Source: Alphaproteobacteria bacterium (GTDB taxonomy: Bacteria > Pseudomonadota > Alphaproteobacteria > SP197). From it: 64,000 nucleotides of DNA. A program made the position numbers and the translations under genes. Location of the stretch: assembly GCA_964291265.2 (NCBI GenBank), contig OZ219747.1, positions 3,840,001 through 3,904,000 of the forward strand, given 5' to 3'. This document shows, piece after piece, positions 1 to 10,816 of the stretch (position 1 is its first letter; each line of letters opens with the position of its first letter). The notes beneath the pieces are model-generated. The model ran no database searches. It was not told the origin of the DNA and saw nothing but the letters and a program-made list of their open reading frames with translations.

Positions 1-1095
1 GCGTCTCTCGAAGTAGGGACCGACCTTGCGCACGTGGCCAGGAATGTCCTCGCGCTCCATGATCTCGATGTTCTTCAGTCCGGCAACGCAACACACCGGA
101 TGGCCCGAATAGGTAAAGCCGGTGGTAAAGAGCGCTCCGTCGGCCTGCGGCGTGGAGAGGACATCGTAGACCTCCTGGGACACGATGGTCGCCGACAACG
201 GCTGATAGCCCGAACTGATGCCCTTGGCCGACGTGATCATGTCCGGAACGATCCCGAAGACCTCCTCTGAGGCAAAGAAGTGACCGAGCCGACCGAATCC
301 GGTCACCACCTCGTCCGAGATGTAGAGGATCTCATGGGTCTTGCAGACTTCGAACATGCGCTTGTGATACCCCTCCGGAGGGACGATCACGCCACCTGCG
401 CCCATGATGGGTTCGGCGATGAAGGCGCCGATGTTCTCGGCGCCGACGTCCTCGATGCGCTTGCAAAAGTCCTCGATCAGCCAGTCGCAGAATTCAGCCT
501 CGGTCATGCCCTGCGGGCGCCTGTAGGTGTACGGGCAAGCGACATGCACCACCATCTCGTCGGCCTGATCGAAGCCGATCTTGTCGTAGGCGATGCCGGT
601 GAGAGCTGCCGCCATGTAGGTCATGCCATGGTAGGCATCGATCCTGGAGACAATCTTCTTCTTGCCGGGGCGGCCGAGATTGTTCCAGTAGAAGTGGACA
701 AAACGCACAGCCGTGTCGTTGGCCATGGAACCGCCCGTGCCGAAGAACATGTGATCGAGGGTTCCCGGCGTCAGGGAAGCGATCTTGGCGCCGAGAAGGC
801 CCGCCGGCGGGGTCGAGAGATGGTGAAACGGCGAATAGTAGGGAATGGCGCGGACCTGTTCGGCAATCGCCTCGGCCATCTCCTCGCGGCCATAGCCGAT
901 GTTGACGCACCACAGTCCGCCGATACCGTCGATGAACCGGTTGCCGTGGCTGTCGTAGACATGGATTCCGTCGGCCTCGGCCATGATCTCGGAACCCTTG
1001 TCGTCCCACCGGGAGAAATCCGTCCACGGATGAATGACGTGGTCGTGGTCCTTCTGCCACAGTTCATTGGCGTCGTACCTGGTGTTCCTCAGCAT
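1..1095 (-). CDS. Class III PLP-dependent aminotransferase (omega-amino acid/polyamine type), runs off window edge
   Basis: Not in ORF track (no stop in window). Translated by hand from ATG at 1095 (RBS GGAAGG): MLRNTRYDANELWQKDHDHVIHPWT...DGIGGLWCVNIGYG...FIAEPIMGAGG...SDEVVTGFGRLG...SAKGISSGY (PLP Lys). Confidence 0.92.
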   Translation of the reverse strand, partial: MLRNTRYDANELWQKDHDHVIHPWTDFSRWDDKGSEIMAEADGIHVYDSHGNRFIDGIGGLWCVNIGYGREEMAEAIAEQVRAIPYYSPFHHLSTPPAGLLGAKIASLTPGTLDHMFFGTGGSMANDTAVRFVHFYWNNLGRPGKKKIVSRIDAYHGMTYMAAALTGIAYDKIGFDQADEMVVHVACPYTYRRPQGMTEAEFCDWLIEDFCKRIEDVGAENIGAFIAEPIMGAGGVIVPPEGYHKRMFEVCKTHEILYISDEVVTGFGRLGHFFASEEVFGIVPDMITSAKGISSGYQPLSATIVSQEVYDVLSTPQADGALFTTGFTYSGHPVCCVAGLKNIEIMEREDIPGHVRKVGPYFERR

Positions 1096-1195
1096 GGTGT
1101 CCTTCCTTTACCGATCGGGAGCCGTCGTTGGCGCACCTTCTCAGTTGTAGACCAATCGGCGTTGTCGGGAAAGCCGCGGTACCAGCGGATCATCG

Positions 1196-2578
1196 TCACA
1201 TGACGCTCTCCTGGAAGATGCGCAGGCGGTTGCGGAACCGGGCGACGAGGAGCAGCGACGCACCCGTGGTGGCAACAGCGAGACCGGCCCAGATTCCCTC
1301 GCCTTCCCAACCGAACCAGAATCCGAAGGCAGCGGCACAGGGAAGACCGAGACCCCAGTTGGTGGCAACGCTGTAGGCCATGGGGACCGCGGTGTCCTTC
1401 AGTCCCTGCAGCGCGCCGCGTGCGGTGATCTGCACGGCATCGCTCAGCATGAAGACGGCGGCCACGCTCAGCAGGCTCGCGGCAAGGCCCAGGGCTTCGA
1501 CGTTGGCGGGATCAGCGGCGTCGAGAATGAGCGACGACAGTTCGGTTCCGAAGAACCAGAAGGCGATGACAGGCGCCAGGACCGTGATTCCCGAAAGCAC
1601 CACCGTCATCCAGCCGGAACGGGCCGACAGCTGCGGGCTGCCGGCACCGGCGCCGTGGCCGACACGCACCGCCGCTGCCTGGGCGAAGCCGACCGGAATC
1701 ATGAAGACAAAGGCATAGCACTGGGCCGTCACCGCGTGGGCGGCGAGCATCTGCGTTGATATCAGACCCATCATGATCGTGGTGACAAAGAAAAGTCCCA
1801 TCTCGCCGATTTCCGTGACGGCGATCGGCCCGCCGAGGAAGGCGACTTCCTTCATCACGCGGCGGTCGAGGCGCCAGAAGCAGCCCAGCAGGCGGTAACG
1901 GCGCAGACGCCGGTCGGCATGCACGAACCAGAGAAGGGCGCCGAACATCGCCCAGTTGACGACGACACTGGCAACGCCCGCGCCCACCAGGCCAAGTTCG
2001 GGGGCGCCGAGCTTGCCGAACATGAAGGCGTAGTCGAGAAGGGCGTTGAGGGCGATGGCATGGACCGTGACCACGACGATCGCCCTGGGCCTGGCATGGG
2101 CGGCAAGGAATTCACTCAAGACAACGAACCACAGGGAAGGCAGCAAACCCCAGACCATGACCCGCAGATAGGACTCGCCCAGGGCGGTGATGACCGGATC
2201 CTGGCCAAACAGGACGAGGGTCGGCGAGGCATGCCAGGCAAGGGTCGCAACGATTGCCGCAAGGGGCAGGCACAACCAGGACGCGTTGCGCACCACCGGG
2301 CGGATCGCTTGGTAACGGCGAGCCCCCAAGTGCTGGGCCATGATCGGGGTCGCCCCTGTGAGCACCCCGATCGCGAACGCCACCATGACCCAGTAGAAGT
2401 CCCGCGCCAGGGAACCGGCAGCGATGGTCTCGGTGCCGATGCGTCCCATCATGATGACGTCCGTCGCCATGATCGCCATGTGCGCGAGGTGCGTCAGGAT
2501 GAGCGGAACCGCAAGACGCACGATGGCTTCCGCCTCGCGCCAGCTGGAAGCGATTCTCTCAGGCGAGTGTATCGTCAT
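1196..2578 (-). CDS. MATE family efflux transporter
   Basis: 460 aa, about 12 hydrophobic segments; motifs LAVPLIL, DVIMMGRIG, FGKLGAPELGLVGAGVA, GALQGLKDT. Confidence 0.9.
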   Translation of the reverse strand: MTIHSPERIASSWREAEAIVRLAVPLILTHLAHMAIMATDVIMMGRIGTETIAAGSLARDFYWVMVAFAIGVLTGATPIMAQHLGARRYQAIRPVVRNASWLCLPLAAIVATLAWHASPTLVLFGQDPVITALGESYLRVMVWGLLPSLWFVVLSEFLAAHARPRAIVVVTVHAIALNALLDYAFMFGKLGAPELGLVGAGVASVVVNWAMFGALLWFVHADRRLRRYRLLGCFWRLDRRVMKEVAFLGGPIAVTEIGEMGLFFVTTIMMGLISTQMLAAHAVTAQCYAFVFMIPVGFAQAAAVRVGHGAGAGSPQLSARSGWMTVVLSGITVLAPVIAFWFFGTELSSLILDAADPANVEALGLAASLLSVAAVFMLSDAVQITARGALQGLKDTAVPMAYSVATNWGLGLPCAAAFGFWFGWEGEGIWAGLAVATTGASLLLVARFRNRLRIFQESVM

Positions 2579-3134
2579 CGCGTGACCGTCGTTGCCTCAT
2601 CAGAACGTCTTCACCCTCGAGCCACGCCAGATCCTCCCCGGTCCGGGCGATGTCGCGGTCGAGCCATGCCAGGAATCCGGGGTCCTCGCCTTCCATGTGG
2701 CGGCGCAGATTGACAAGGCGCGCCCTCTCGCTCCTCAGGGTATCGCTCAGCACCTCGGCCAGCCGCCCCTGTCCCGTTGCATCGAGGAGGCGAAAGAAGC
2801 GAATCTTGAGAGCCACCATGAGCCTCGAAGAGGCACTGGAAACTCTCACCGGAGCGAGCATGAGGCGTTCGAGTTCCTCGCGCCCCCCGGGCATCAACGT
2901 CACCTGGGCACTGCCTGGATCCTCGCTCTCGCCCCCGATTTCGACCAGACCTTCAAACCGCAGGAGTTCGATGGAGGACGACATGACATCGACGGGTGAC
3001 GCACCGTAACTCGTGGCAAACAGGCGCACCATGGTGGCAAGGGTGGCGTAGTCCGTCGGACCCCTGCTGGCGAGGATTCCCAGAGCCGCGAGACGCAGGC
3101 CTTCAACGGGAATCAGGACGCGGTCGCGCTGCAT
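2559..3134 (-). CDS. Conserved hypothetical protein, winged-helix (PadR-like) N-terminus
   Basis: LRLAALGILAS...SSIELLRFEGLV...GREELERLM; overlaps MATE start; start chosen at ATG 3134. Confidence 0.65.
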   Translation of the reverse strand: MQRDRVLIPVEGLRLAALGILASRGPTDYATLATMVRLFATSYGASPVDVMSSSIELLRFEGLVEIGGESEDPGSAQVTLMPGGREELERLMLAPVRVSSASSRLMVALKIRFFRLLDATGQGRLAEVLSDTLRSERARLVNLRRHMEGEDPGFLAWLDRDIARTGEDLAWLEGEDVLMRQRRSRDDDTLA

Positions 3135-3243
3135 GGGACGATTCATAGGCCAGCGATGAACGTGTCTCAACGCTCCACGAGGACGAGCCGGGGACTTGAC
3201 GCCCGTTGCAAGGCATTGGACAAGGCCCTCGCCAGGTCAAGCA

Positions 3244-4494
3244 ATGGGAGCAGGACTCATGGACATCTGTGCGCTGGGCGAGAAGCCACCCCTCGGAGAG
3301 GTTCCGGATCGCATGCACGTCTTTTGCGTGCGCCAGGACCATTTCGGCGCGCCGCGGGACGCCTGGCGGAGAGAGATCATCGACGTCCCCGATATCGCTG
3401 AGGACGAGGTTCTCGTCTACAACATGGCGACCGGCATCAACTACAACAATGTCTGGGCGGCACTCGGCTATCCCATCGATGTCATCGCCGTGCGCCAGAA
3501 ACAGGGCGAGCCGGAGGATTTTCATGCCGGCGGCTCGGACTGTTCCGGTATCGTCTGGAAGGTGGGTTCCGCCGTCACCAACGTCAAACCGGGCGACGAG
3601 GTCGTGGTTCATTCGGGCTGGTGGCCGGCTGACGACCCGTGGGTGCAGTCAGGACGCGATCCCATGCTGGCCGAAACCACGCGCATCTGGGGCTATCAGA
3701 CCAACTACGGCAGCTATTGCCAGTTCGCCAAGGCCCAGGCCCACCAGTGCCAACCCAAGCCGAAACACCTGTCGTGGGAGGAGGCGGGCTGCTACCTGCT
3801 GTGCGCCTCGACCGCATACCGCATGCTGATGGGCTGGCCTCCCAACACCGTGGAGGAAGGCGACGTGGTTCTCGTCTGGGGAGCTGCAGGCGGCCTTGGA
3901 TCCTATGCCATGCAGATCACCAGGGCCATGGGCGGACGCGCCGTCGCCGTCGTCTCCGACGACAGCAAGCGCCAGTTCTGTCTCGACAACGGCGCCGTCG
4001 GCGCCATCAATCGCAGGGATTTCGATCACTGGGGGCCGATGCCGGATACGTCGAGCCCTGAGTACGGTGCCTGGGTCAAGGGGGCCCGCGCCTTCGGCAA
4101 GGCCATCTGGGAGGCCGTGGGCGAGCGGGTCAGTCCGCGAATCGTCTTTGAACACCCGGGCGAATCGACCCTGCCGACCAGCGGATTCGTCGTCGCCACC
4201 GGTGGCATGGTGGTCATCTGCGCCGGGACCACCGGTTACAACATCACCATGGACCTGCGCTACCACTGGATGCGCCAGAAGCGACTCCAGGGGAGCCATC
4301 TTTCCAACGACGAGCAGGCGGCGGCGGTCAATCAGCTGATGATCGATCGCCGGATCGATCCCTGTCTCTCGCAGACATTCACCTTCGACGAGATCGGCCA
4401 TGCACACCAGCTGATGCATGACAACACCCATGCTTCCGGCAACATGTCCTGCCTCGTCAACGCGACCGAAGCGGGCATGGGACGTTCCACCTGA
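3244..4494 (+). CDS. ccrA: Crotonyl-CoA carboxylase/reductase
   Basis: [71 protein letters not shown] are Ccr signatures; start may be 3244 or 3259. Confidence 0.93.
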   Translation: MGAGLMDICALGEKPPLGEVPDRMHVFCVRQDHFGAPRDAWRREIIDVPDIAEDEVLVYNMATGINYNNVWAALGYPIDVIAVRQKQGEPEDFHAGGSDCSGIVWKVGSAVTNVKPGDEVVVHSGWWPADDPWVQSGRDPMLAETTRIWGYQTNYGSYCQFAKAQAHQCQPKPKHLSWEEAGCYLLCASTAYRMLMGWPPNTVEEGDVVLVWGAAGGLGSYAMQITRAMGGRAVAVVSDDSKRQFCLDNGAVGAINRRDFDHWGPMPDTSSPEYGAWVKGARAFGKAIWEAVGERVSPRIVFEHPGESTLPTSGFVVATGGMVVICAGTTGYNITMDLRYHWMRQKRLQGSHLSNDEQAAAVNQLMIDRRIDPCLSQTFTFDEIGHAHQLMHDNTHASGNMSCLVNATEAGMGRST

Positions 4495-4513
4495 CCGTCG
4501 CCGACATTCGGGA

Positions 4514-5680
4514 TCAGGAGCCGGCCTGAGCCAGCCGTCTGGCGATGACGGGCATCGTGTCTGCCTCCAGATTGGCGAAGGCGAGGCGGATGTAGTCCTC
4601 CTGGTCGGGACCGAACCAGCTGCCGGGCAACGTCAGGAGACCGTCCTCCACCGCCAGGGCACGAGCCACCTCGACCGCAGCCGTGCCCCGAAACGGATGA
4701 CGGACATAGGCAAAGTAGGCGCCGGCGCTCACCAGTTCCCAGGCCAGGTCGTCACGGGTGCAGGCGCGTGCGAGCGCCTGCGCCCGTTCGCCCATGACCC
4801 CGGCATTGTGGCGCCGCCAGGACTCGAGATGGCGGATGCCGTAGAGCGCCGCTTCCTGACCCAGATGGGGCGGTGAGATCTGAATGCAGTCGCACACCTT
4901 CTCGAGGGCGCCCTGCAGGCGGCCGCCTGCCACCACCGCGCCAACGCGATACCCGGTCAGGCAGTAGACCTTCGAGAAACTGTAGAGATGCACCAGGGTG
5001 TTGCGCCACCGCTCGTCCGTGAAAAGTTCGTGCGGGCGGACGCCGGGAGAGAGAAAGTCGCGGTAGGTCTCGTCGATCACGAGAGCGCACCCCGCCTGCC
5101 TTGCCACCTCGAGAAATCCATGGATAACCTCGGGTGGATAGAGGGCGCCCGTCGGATTGTTCGGCGTGACGAGAACAATGGCTCTCGTCCTTGCGCTGAC
5201 AAGGCGACGGGCCTCGTCGGCATCCGGCACGCCTTCGCGATCCGGGCGAAAACCGAGAGGCACGACGGAGATCCCCAGCATGCGCGCCGTCATCTCGTGA
5301 TTGAAATACCAGGGCACGGGCAGGATGACCTGGTCCCCCTCCCCCGCCAAAGCCAGCATGCTGTTGAAGAACGCCTGGTTGCATCCGGCGGTGATCATGA
5401 CATCCCCCGCATCGACATCACCGCCGTAGAGAGCGTTGATGTCCTCCGCCAGGGCCTCCCTCAGGGGCGGCATGCCGAAAATGCCGGTGTAGCGGGCCGT
5501 CAACCCGTCGCGCGCCCGTTCGGCCACGTGAGCGAGAAGCTCGTCGGGCGGAGGGGATGCGGGAACCGCCTGACAGACATCGATGAGAGACTCCGCCTTC
5601 TCGACGCCTTCGACCCACGTCCAAGCCTCAGGAATAGGCGGCGCCTGGACGATATCGACCCTGTTGTTCGTCTTATACAT
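4514..5680 (-). CDS. Class I/II PLP-dependent aminotransferase
   Basis: ITAGCNQAF, VTPNNPTG, DETYRDF, SFSKVYCLTGYRVG. Confidence 0.9.
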   Translation of the reverse strand: MYKTNNRVDIVQAPPIPEAWTWVEGVEKAESLIDVCQAVPASPPPDELLAHVAERARDGLTARYTGIFGMPPLREALAEDINALYGGDVDAGDVMITAGCNQAFFNSMLALAGEGDQVILPVPWYFNHEMTARMLGISVVPLGFRPDREGVPDADEARRLVSARTRAIVLVTPNNPTGALYPPEVIHGFLEVARQAGCALVIDETYRDFLSPGVRPHELFTDERWRNTLVHLYSFSKVYCLTGYRVGAVVAGGRLQGALEKVCDCIQISPPHLGQEAALYGIRHLESWRRHNAGVMGERAQALARACTRDDLAWELVSAGAYFAYVRHPFRGTAAVEVARALAVEDGLLTLPGSWFGPDQEDYIRLAFANLEADTMPVIARRLAQAGS

Positions 5681-6207
5681 CCCCCGCACTCCCCGTCGCG
5701 TCCTCCCATGATCCGCCGGCCCCGCCTCTCGTCAAGCCGGATCGATCGGCTGACACGGGCTCGACTTCCCCTCCAGTCGCCCCTCGAGAGTTGCGAGTTC
5801 TTCCAGGAAGTTCGCGCGGTCGAAGTGGAATCACCGAGAAAGAGAAGAGACAGGGACAGTGCTTGACCTCCCGGCACGCTGATGGTGACTGCTTGAGCGC
5901 ATACCTTCGTCGCTTGAATGGCGCATCAGGATGCACAGGAATGGCATGGGTTCCTCGCGCAAGCTTGCGGACCACCTGGATGGCAGGTCCCATGCCTGGG
6001 TTCGGGAGAGCACATCTCGGGAATTCGACCGGTCCCGGCGCTTCACGCGAACCTGACGGGTGGGCCCGCCTGATCGCCGGTCCGTCGGCAGGGAAACCCA
6101 AGGCAACCGGGTGGCAGGGAAGGATTGCGCCGACCGGCAGGAGTGGAGTTGCCAATCGCCGGGTCTCGTTGTCATGATGGTCCGGAGTATCGCGGGGGCC
6201 CTGACGC

Positions 6208-7347
6208 ATGACCGAGTCCGGCATCACTCTCGGGATCGAGGAAGAGTTCTTTCTCGTCGATCCCGCAACACGGGACATTCTCAACGACCCCGATCCCGCC
6301 ATCTTTGCCGCATGTGAGGAGGCAGCCGGACCGCACCGCGTGGTGCGCGAGGCCCTGCGCACGCAGATCGAGACCAACACGAAGGTCTGCGAATCCGTGG
6401 CGGATCTCCGCGAGGCACTGAAGCAAACGCGGCGCCTGGTCATCACCACGGCCGAACGGTACGGGACGGCAATCATGGCCTCGTCCACCCACCCCTTCGC
6501 GTCGTGGTCGCAGACGGACGTGACGCCGAAGGAGCGCTACAGGACGTTTTCCGCCATGCTCCAGGGATTGCTCAACCGCCTTCTGATCGGCGGCATGCAC
6601 ATCCACGCCGGGTTCGGTGACGCCGACGAACGCATTCGGGTGATGACGGCGATGCGCCGCTATCTGCCGGTCTTCCATGCCCTGTCCGCGTCATCACCCT
6701 TCAGCGATGGACACGAGACGGGATTCCGGTCCTGGCGCCTCGCTCTGTTCAGCGGCCTGCCGCGCGTCGGCATTCCGGCACCGCTGTGGTCGGCCAAGGA
6801 CTACGAGAGTCTCCTCGACCAATACCGGAACATGGGTTTCATCAGCAACGGCAGCGAACTGTGGTGGGACATCCGCCCGTCCCACGCCTATCCGACCATC
6901 GAGATGCGCATCTGTGATGTATGCACGCGGATCGAGGACGCCGTCACCATCGCCGCGCTCTATGCATCCCTGGTGCGCCGGCTGCTGCGGCAGTCCCGCG
7001 AGGGCACGCTTCCCGACGAACCGCTGACCGAAGTCATCACCGAGAACCGCTGGATCGCTCATCGCTACGGCGTGCTGGCCTTCCTCGGCAACATCGAGGC
7101 AGCCCATGGCCGGCTCGACATCGCCGACGCGACCCGAAGCCTCGTCGACGATCTCGCCGACGATGCCCGGGCGCTGGGCTGCGAAGACGAGGTCCGCCGG
7201 GCCATGGCCATCATCGACCACGGCAACAGTGCCGACCGCCAGGTCGACCTCTGGCGCCTGCGCCGGCTGGAAGGAATGGACCGCATGGAGGCCTTCCGGG
7301 CGGTCGTCGATCATGTCATCGGCGAGACCCGGGAGGGAACATGTTGA
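6208..7347 (+). CDS. Carboxylate-amine ligase (YbdK/GCS2 family glutamate--cysteine ligase)
   Basis: TLGIEEEFFLVD, SSTHPF, GMHIHAG, SASSPF, LWWDIRP, TIEMRICD. Confidence 0.92.
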   Translation: MTESGITLGIEEEFFLVDPATRDILNDPDPAIFAACEEAAGPHRVVREALRTQIETNTKVCESVADLREALKQTRRLVITTAERYGTAIMASSTHPFASWSQTDVTPKERYRTFSAMLQGLLNRLLIGGMHIHAGFGDADERIRVMTAMRRYLPVFHALSASSPFSDGHETGFRSWRLALFSGLPRVGIPAPLWSAKDYESLLDQYRNMGFISNGSELWWDIRPSHAYPTIEMRICDVCTRIEDAVTIAALYASLVRRLLRQSREGTLPDEPLTEVITENRWIAHRYGVLAFLGNIEAAHGRLDIADATRSLVDDLADDARALGCEDEVRRAMAIIDHGNSADRQVDLWRLRRLEGMDRMEAFRAVVDHVIGETREGTC

Positions 7348-7398
7348 TGGCGGTGCAGACATGATGTGAAATAGGCATGCGGGAGTGAGGGGAGGATC

Positions 7399-8184
7399 AT
7401 GGGCCGAGACACACTGAAGGACCTGGGGGCGACGCGAACGCTCACCCTCGGGCACTATGTCGGGGAGTTTGCGGCCGCCCCCGGCATCGGTCACATCGTG
7501 AAGAACGCCGGCGCCGAGTTCGTGTTCCTCGACATGGAACACTCCGGCATGGGTTTCGAAACCCTCGCCGCTGCCCTGCGCTATTTCGAGGCGGCCGATA
7601 TGCCGGTGGTCGTGAGACCGGCAGCGAAGACGTACGAGCATGTCGCAAGGGCGCTCGATGCCGGGGCCGAGGGCCTGGTGCCACCCATGATGGGGAGCGC
7701 CGCGGAGTGCCGGCGTGTTCTCGACTTCATGAAGTATGCTCCCGATGGCACGCGGGGCGTTGCCCTGGGCATCGCCCATGACAACTACACCGGTGGTGAC
7801 GTCATGGCCAAGCTCCAGGCGGCCAACGACAAGACCAGTCTCTTTGCCCTGATCGAGACCCGCGAGGGAATCGAGAACGTCGAGGAGATCGCCGCCATCG
7901 ACGGCGTGGACTGCCTGTGGGTCGGGCACTTCGACCTGTCATCGTCCCTCGGTGTCCCGGGCCAGTTCGACCACCCGGAATTCGCCCGCGCCATCGATGC
8001 CGTCATCCGGGCAGGCCGCCGTCAAGGCAAGGCGCTGGGCCGCATGTCGATGAGTATCGAGGAGTCCGCGATCCTCGCCCGACAGGGCTTCGACATGATC
8101 GCCTATTCGGGCGATGTCTGGCTGCTCGGCGCCGCCCTGAAGTCCGGTATCGACAGTATTCGCGCACAGTCCGTGAGGGGATGA
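7399..8184 (+). CDS. HpcH/HpaI family aldolase
   Basis: FLDMEHS, ALDAGAEG, LIETREGIENVEEIAAIDGVD, VGHFDLSSSLG. Confidence 0.9.
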   Translation: MGRDTLKDLGATRTLTLGHYVGEFAAAPGIGHIVKNAGAEFVFLDMEHSGMGFETLAAALRYFEAADMPVVVRPAAKTYEHVARALDAGAEGLVPPMMGSAAECRRVLDFMKYAPDGTRGVALGIAHDNYTGGDVMAKLQAANDKTSLFALIETREGIENVEEIAAIDGVDCLWVGHFDLSSSLGVPGQFDHPEFARAIDAVIRAGRRQGKALGRMSMSIEESAILARQGFDMIAYSGDVWLLGAALKSGIDSIRAQSVRG

Positions 8185-9236
8185 CGATGTCACGTTTCCG
8201 GGTCGCGTTGAGCAATGACTTCCAGAATCCGGACGGGACTCCGGCCTATCCGATGTTCGATCTTGCACCGCTTGAGAACGACCCGGACATCGATGTCTTC
8301 TATGCCCCGGTGGTCGACAGCGTTGTGCCGGCCTCATCGCTCGGAGAGACCGATGCGCTGATCCTCCTCGGCGCCCGCTTCACCGATGAGAGCGTGCCCG
8401 AAGGCGATCGCCTTTCCATGCTGGCACGCTTCGGCGTGGGCTATGACAATGTCGATGTCGCGGCATGCACCGACAATGCCATTGCCGTCGTCATCACGCC
8501 CGATGGCGTGCGCCGACCGGTGGCTGTCGCGGTGCTGACATTCATCCTGGCGCTGGCCGGCAAGCTCTTCGTCAAGGACCGCCTGACCCGTGCCGGGCCT
8601 GATGGCTGGGCCGAACGCGCCGCTCACATGGGCACCGGCCTCGTCGGCCGCACCCTGGGACAGCTTGGCATCGGCAACATCGGCGCCGAAGTCTTCCGCG
8701 TAGCGCGACCCTTCGACATGACCTTCATCGCCCACGATCCCTTTGCCGACCCGGCGGTTGCCGCTGAACTCGGGGTCGAGCTGGTGTCCCTTGACGACCT
8801 CTTCAGGCGCTCGGACTTCCTGTCGATAAGTTGTCCGCTCAACGACGAAACCCGAGGCCTGGTGGGTGACCGCCTCATCGGCCTCATGAAGCCCACGGCC
8901 TCGCTCATCAACACCGCGCGGGGACCGGTGGTCGACCAGGCTGCTCTCACCCACGCCCTGATCAACGGCGTGATCGCCGGGGCCGGTCTCGACGTCTTCG
9001 AGGACGAACCGACATCTGCCAGCGAGACCCTGGCGACGCTCGACAACGTCATTCTCACACCGCATGCACTGTGCTGGACCGATCAGTGCTTTGCCGGAAA
9101 CGGCGCGGCGGACATCCGCGCCGTCCTTGCGGTCAAGCGCGGGGAGGAACCTTCGGGGATTGTCAATCGCGAGATCCGCGGCCATGACCGATGGCGGCGG
9201 CGCCTCGCGGACTACCAGGCGCGGTTCGGTGAGTGA
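8181..9236 (+). CDS. D-isomer specific 2-hydroxyacid dehydrogenase
   Basis: RFGVGYDNVD, GIGNIG Rossmann motif, INTARG, GLDVFEDEP, TPH; ATGA overlap with aldolase stop. Confidence 0.9.
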   Translation: MTMSRFRVALSNDFQNPDGTPAYPMFDLAPLENDPDIDVFYAPVVDSVVPASSLGETDALILLGARFTDESVPEGDRLSMLARFGVGYDNVDVAACTDNAIAVVITPDGVRRPVAVAVLTFILALAGKLFVKDRLTRAGPDGWAERAAHMGTGLVGRTLGQLGIGNIGAEVFRVARPFDMTFIAHDPFADPAVAAELGVELVSLDDLFRRSDFLSISCPLNDETRGLVGDRLIGLMKPTASLINTARGPVVDQAALTHALINGVIAGAGLDVFEDEPTSASETLATLDNVILTPHALCWTDQCFAGNGAADIRAVLAVKRGEEPSGIVNREIRGHDRWRRRLADYQARFGE

Positions 9237-9301
9237 ACACGCCGACGCGTTGCAGCCCGGAACATCGGGCTGCATGCAAACCAGACGAGGAGGCTAGCAT
9301 C

Positions 9302-10747
9302 ATGTCGTTACCGGGAAGCAGGCGCCTGCAGGGCGTCGCTTTCGGCCTTGCCCTCGCGGCAGCAGCAGGAACCGCTTTCGCCCAGAGCGCAGCGGACCGG
9401 GCGGTCGAGACGGCCAAGCAGTACGCCGGAGAGACTCTCAACATCACCTGGGAGGCGGGCCTGCAGGCCCTGGATCCCCTCAATCACTCGGGTCCGATCT
9501 GGGAGGAACTGACCGGGGTCAAGATCAATGTCATCGAGATCCCGATCAACGAACTCTTCACCAAGACCATCGCCGAGCACCGCGCCGGAACGGGGGCCTA
9601 CGACATGCTCAATGTCGTTCCGGCCTGGATGCCCGACATGGTCGAGGCCGGGGTGCTCGAACCACTCGATTCCTACATCGACAAGTATGGCTACCGCGAA
9701 GAGTTGCAGGACATCGCACCGACCTATCGCGACAACCAGATGACCTACGGCAACCGGATCTACGGTCTGCCCGATGACGGTGACGTCTTCCTGCTCTACT
9801 ACCGGACCGATCTCTTCGGCGACGAAGCCAACCAGGCGGCCTTCCACGAGGCCTATGGGTATGACCTGGCGCCTCCGAAGACCTGGGACGAGTTCTACGA
9901 CATCTCGAAGTTCTTCACCGATACCGGAGGCGGCGATCTCTACGGGTCGGCGCTGATCCTCTCGCCCGGCCTCGTGCACTACCTCTACGAGATGCGGCTG
10001 AGGACCGCCGGGGCAAGGTTCTTCGATCCGGAAACCATGGACGCGCAGATCAACAGCGACATCGCGGTTGCCGTACTCAAGGACATGGTGCGCCAGCTCG
10101 ACAACATGCCCGCGGGAGCGGCCGGCTGGGGTCCCATCGAGGTTCTCAACGCCTGGCTGGCCGGCGAACTTGCGATGCAGATCTGGTGGCCGCCGCCAGG
10201 ACGCTGGTCGGCGGGGTACGGTGTCGACACGGAAGCGCTTTCCTGGCTTCCCGAGTCGACCATTGCCGGCAATGTCGGTTACGCGCTGCCGCCTGGCGGG
10301 CACTCCGAACTCGCCGCGGGTTTTGCGCTGTGCGTGTCGTCGAATTCCGGGAAGAAGGAACTCGCGTACCTGTTTGCGCAGTGGCTCAACAGCCGGGACT
10401 TCAGCATCTCCCGGGTCACGCTTCCCTTCGCGCTGCGTGATCCCTTCCGCACGTCCCATTTCAACAGCGACGAGTACAAGGCACTGTGGCCGGCGGCCGA
10501 GGACTACCTTGCCGCACTCGAAGACGCGGCGGAGACCGGGCTTCTCGATCTCTCGATCATCGACACCTTCGCCTACGAGGAGTCGCTGACCCGTGCCGTT
10601 GTCGCGGCGCTGTCGGGTCAGGATGCGCGCACGGTTCTCGACCAGGCGGCCGCAGAATGGAACGAGATCACCGAGGAGATCGGTATCGACGATCAGCGGG
10701 AGGCCTACCTGGTCTGGTCGTCCAAGCCGGGCGCCTATCCGAACTAG
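9302..10747 (+). CDS. Carbohydrate ABC transporter substrate-binding protein
   Basis: RBS GAGGAGG; signal peptide ending AFA; YGLPDDGD, LYYRTDLF, PPKTWDEF. Confidence 0.88.
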   Translation: MSLPGSRRLQGVAFGLALAAAAGTAFAQSAADRAVETAKQYAGETLNITWEAGLQALDPLNHSGPIWEELTGVKINVIEIPINELFTKTIAEHRAGTGAYDMLNVVPAWMPDMVEAGVLEPLDSYIDKYGYREELQDIAPTYRDNQMTYGNRIYGLPDDGDVFLLYYRTDLFGDEANQAAFHEAYGYDLAPPKTWDEFYDISKFFTDTGGGDLYGSALILSPGLVHYLYEMRLRTAGARFFDPETMDAQINSDIAVAVLKDMVRQLDNMPAGAAGWGPIEVLNAWLAGELAMQIWWPPPGRWSAGYGVDTEALSWLPESTIAGNVGYALPPGGHSELAAGFALCVSSNSGKKELAYLFAQWLNSRDFSISRVTLPFALRDPFRTSHFNSDEYKALWPAAEDYLAALEDAAETGLLDLSIIDTFAYEESLTRAVVAALSGQDARTVLDQAAAEWNEITEEIGIDDQREAYLVWSSKPGAYPN

Positions 10748-10754
10748 TCCGGCA

Positions 10755-10797
10755 GACGTGGCGGCCGGAATGCCGGGGACAATCCGGCCTCCACGTC
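10755..10797 (+). other. Intergenic stem-loop after the SBP gene (likely mRNA-stabilising or attenuating hairpin)
   Basis: GACGTGGCGGCCGG ... CCGGCCTCCACGTC imperfect inverted repeat. Confidence 0.45.
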
Positions 10798-10816
10798 ATG
10801 GGGCGTTGTCCATGTC

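Noticed and set aside
5690-6207. Possible gene remnant (FDRANFLEELATLEGRL on the minus strand) or ncRNA
   Set aside because: Frames are broken by stops and no family is recognisable
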